DNA of 54,983 nt from Christensenellales bacterium (lineage in GTDB: Bacteria > Bacillota > Clostridia > Christensenellales > UBA1242), in NCBI GenBank assembly GCA_051889975.1, contig JBJFDJ010000011.1, forward strand, positions 1,573 through 56,555, given 5' to 3'. A model generated the notes under the pieces. The model was not told the origin of the DNA, did not search any database, and saw nothing but the letters and a program-made list of their open reading frames with translations. Position 1 is the first letter of the stretch. Every line of letters starts with the position of its first letter. Below are positions 53,469-54,983 of the stretch, in pieces. Both the position numbers and the translations under genes were made by a program.

Positions 53469-54458
53469 TTATTTTTGTTTTTGAAATTTACCATTCTTTT
53501 TGTGAACGCTAAGGTCTGCATCTTTCTTTTTTGCAAGGTCTTTTGCAACTTTTAGGGCTTCTTCTTTTGTTGCACATCTACGGCTTGCTCGCTTGCCACC
53601 ATCAACCCTAACAATCCAATTTTTATTTTCTTTGTCATAAACAACACGATATCTTTCTGTTGTTTTTTCTGCTGATTTTTCCATTGTTTCTTCTCCTTCG
53701 GCTTTATCAGCGACACTTGTAGCTGTGTCTTGTTCACCAGAAACATCACTTGATTTTTCTTGTTCTTTTGTGTTTTTTACATCAGATTTTTCTGGCTCTT
53801 TTGCACTTTTTGAGTTGCCTGATTTTTCTTTGGTTTCTTCAATGGTTTTATCCGTTTTTTTGTTATTTGCTTTGTTGTTGTTTTCTTTTTGTTCGCTTTG
53901 TTTTGTTGTTTTGTTAGCTTTTTCTGTTTTCTTGTCTTCTTGAACTTTTTCTTTTTTTGTGTTTTCTGGCTCTGCTTTTAATTCTTTTTCTTCAACTGGC
54001 TTTTCTTCTTTTTTTGGTTCTGCTTTTTCTTTTTTAACAACTTTTTCTTTTTCAGTTTTGATTTCTTTTGTTTGTTCTGGTTCGTCTTTAACTTCTGCTT
54101 GTTCTACTTTTGCGTTTTTAACTTTTTTAACTTTTTGTTCTTGTGTTTTTTCGTCTTTTGGTTTTTCTTGTAAATTTTTTGCAGGTTCGTCATCTTTTGT
54201 TGCACTGGCAGAAGCGTTTTCTTGCACATCGCTTTTTGCTTCGTGATTTTTAATAACTGCTCTTCTTATGCGTTTATCTTTTGTCTGTTTTTCGTCTTCT
54301 GATTTTGTGTTGTCAGAACTATTGACTTCAAATTTTTTCTCTGGTTCGGCTTTTGACTTATCTTTGTTGCTTAAAACAACAATTAACAAAACCACTGCAA
54401 GCAAAACAATTACACCCAAAACAAACCATACCCAATTATCATTAATAAATTGTAACAT
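53469..54458 (-). CDS. Membrane-anchored K/E-rich protein with a C-terminal DUF2188-like domain
   Basis: The N-terminal TM helix is WVWFVLGVIVLLAVVLLIVVL. About 230 aa of Lys/Glu/Thr-rich low complexity follows. The C-terminus YRVVYDKENKNWIVRVDGGKRASRRCATKEEALKVAKDLAKKKDADLSVHKKNGKFQ resembles DUF2188. An AGGAG SD lies 7 nt upstream. Confidence 0.7.
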   Translation of the reverse strand: MLQFINDNWVWFVLGVIVLLAVVLLIVVLSNKDKSKAEPEKKFEVNSSDNTKSEDEKQTKDKRIRRAVIKNHEAKSDVQENASASATKDDEPAKNLQEKPKDEKTQEQKVKKVKNAKVEQAEVKDEPEQTKEIKTEKEKVVKKEKAEPKKEEKPVEEKELKAEPENTKKEKVQEDKKTEKANKTTKQSEQKENNNKANNKKTDKTIEETKEKSGNSKSAKEPEKSDVKNTKEQEKSSDVSGEQDTATSVADKAEGEETMEKSAEKTTERYRVVYDKENKNWIVRVDGGKRASRRCATKEEALKVAKDLAKKKDADLSVHKKNGKFQKQK

Positions 54459-54627
54459 ATCATTTCTCCTTAATTAAATAATAGCACCAAGGAAAAAAGT
54501 TTTCAACAAAAAATTACATTTTTTTTAATTTGGCACAAAAATATCATCACAATTTTGGCTTATGCTTTAATTTTTTTGAAAATAGAAAATGTATAAATTA
54601 TAAAAAATGCTTTAAAATAACTTTGTT

Positions 54628-54983
54628 ATGAAAAAGAAATTTAAATTTGTAATTTTGTATTTGGTTTTGATACTTGTATTTGTTCCACTGTCAAATGCAA
54701 CAAACAGCATTTTAGCAAAACCTGTTTTAAATGCTATGGCAAATGATACATATCTATACACAGGAACAATAGAAAATTTTTTTACGCACCAACTCATTAA
54801 CAGACCAGAAATTGCATTAAATAAGGAAAACAAATACAGATTTAACTTTTACAAATATTGTGTGACATACAAGGAATTTGAGCGTTTTTTAAACCAGATG
54901 TATGAGCACAATTATGTGTTGGTTGACATATATGATTGCTACAATGTTGGCGAAACTGTTACAAAAAAAGACTTGTATTTGCC
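54628..54983 (+). CDS. Secreted protein, 5' partial (runs off the window end)
   Basis: This ORF is absent from the ORF track because no stop is reached. From the ATG at 54628 there are 118 codons without a stop. The signal peptide is MKKKFKFVILYLVLILVFVPLSNA. The block FFTHQLI...CVTYKEFERFLNQMYEHNYVLVDIYD resembles the N-terminal regions of Firmicute polysaccharide-deacetylase-like exoproteins (from memory). Confidence 0.5.
   Translation, partial: MKKKFKFVILYLVLILVFVPLSNATNSILAKPVLNAMANDTYLYTGTIENFFTHQLINRPEIALNKENKYRFNFYKYCVTYKEFERFLNQMYEHNYVLVDIYDCYNVGETVTKKDLYL

Noticed and set aside
53650-54330. Apparent DNA-level repetitiveness (ttttc/ttttg periodic runs) suggesting a tandem repeat or satellite.
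   Set aside because: It is the reverse complement of the Lys/Glu-rich low-complexity coding region of the DUF2188 protein (AAA/GAA codon runs). There is no fixed repeat unit.
54612-54833. 73-aa minus-strand ORF near the window end.
   Set aside because: It is overlapped by a much more convincing plus-strand partial ORF (54628 to the window end) that has a classical signal peptide. The minus-strand product has no features.

Overview
This is an AT-rich (by eye about one-third G+C) chromosomal core segment from a low-GC, endospore-forming Firmicute with Clostridia-like gene order. I call 47 protein genes, 40 of them co-oriented on the minus strand, plus a six-tRNA operon.

The content is overwhelmingly housekeeping:
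- spoIIAA-spoIIAB-sigF, and two tandem YwaF-like membrane proteins
- tRNA operon Pro-CAT-Asp-Phe-Thr-Tyr
- cmk-plsC plus a guanylate-kinase paralog
- miaB, mutS-mutL-miaA, and a class A PBP
- ftsK-rimO-pgsA-recA
- rpsO-pnp, a ylxY-like deacetylase and an M16 peptidase
- secD-secF-recJ-relA plus a HemZ-like radical SAM protein
- queA, tgt-yajC, ruvC, ruvA and ruvB
- yebC, a TrmH-family methyltransferase, infC-rpmI-rplT with an L20-type attenuator leader, thrS with a Thr T-box, and ytxC

I see no CRISPR array, transposase, integrase, prophage or recognisable multi-gene defence island. I therefore cannot honestly point to a clear novel system.

The non-core material is small and mostly on the plus strand:
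- an orphan 354-aa gene (27680-28744)
- an XRE-lipoprotein cassette splitting queA and tgt
- a toxin C-terminal remnant plus a DUF4279-like gene between thrS and infC
- an M16-like protein with a Lys-rich tail
- a membrane-anchored K/E-rich DUF2188 protein

The observations I rate most worth follow-up:
1. An 86-nt, perfectly base-paired four-way-junction element at 52294-52379.
2. A recurring promoter -10 box followed by 6-7 nt and then ATG, with no Shine-Dalgarno, at five genes. This implies widespread leaderless mRNAs.
3. A Rel/SpoT homolog whose hydrolase metal-binding residues are replaced.
4. A divergent SecDF pair.

All protein-family calls rest on motifs read from the translations and on synteny. 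No database search was possible.
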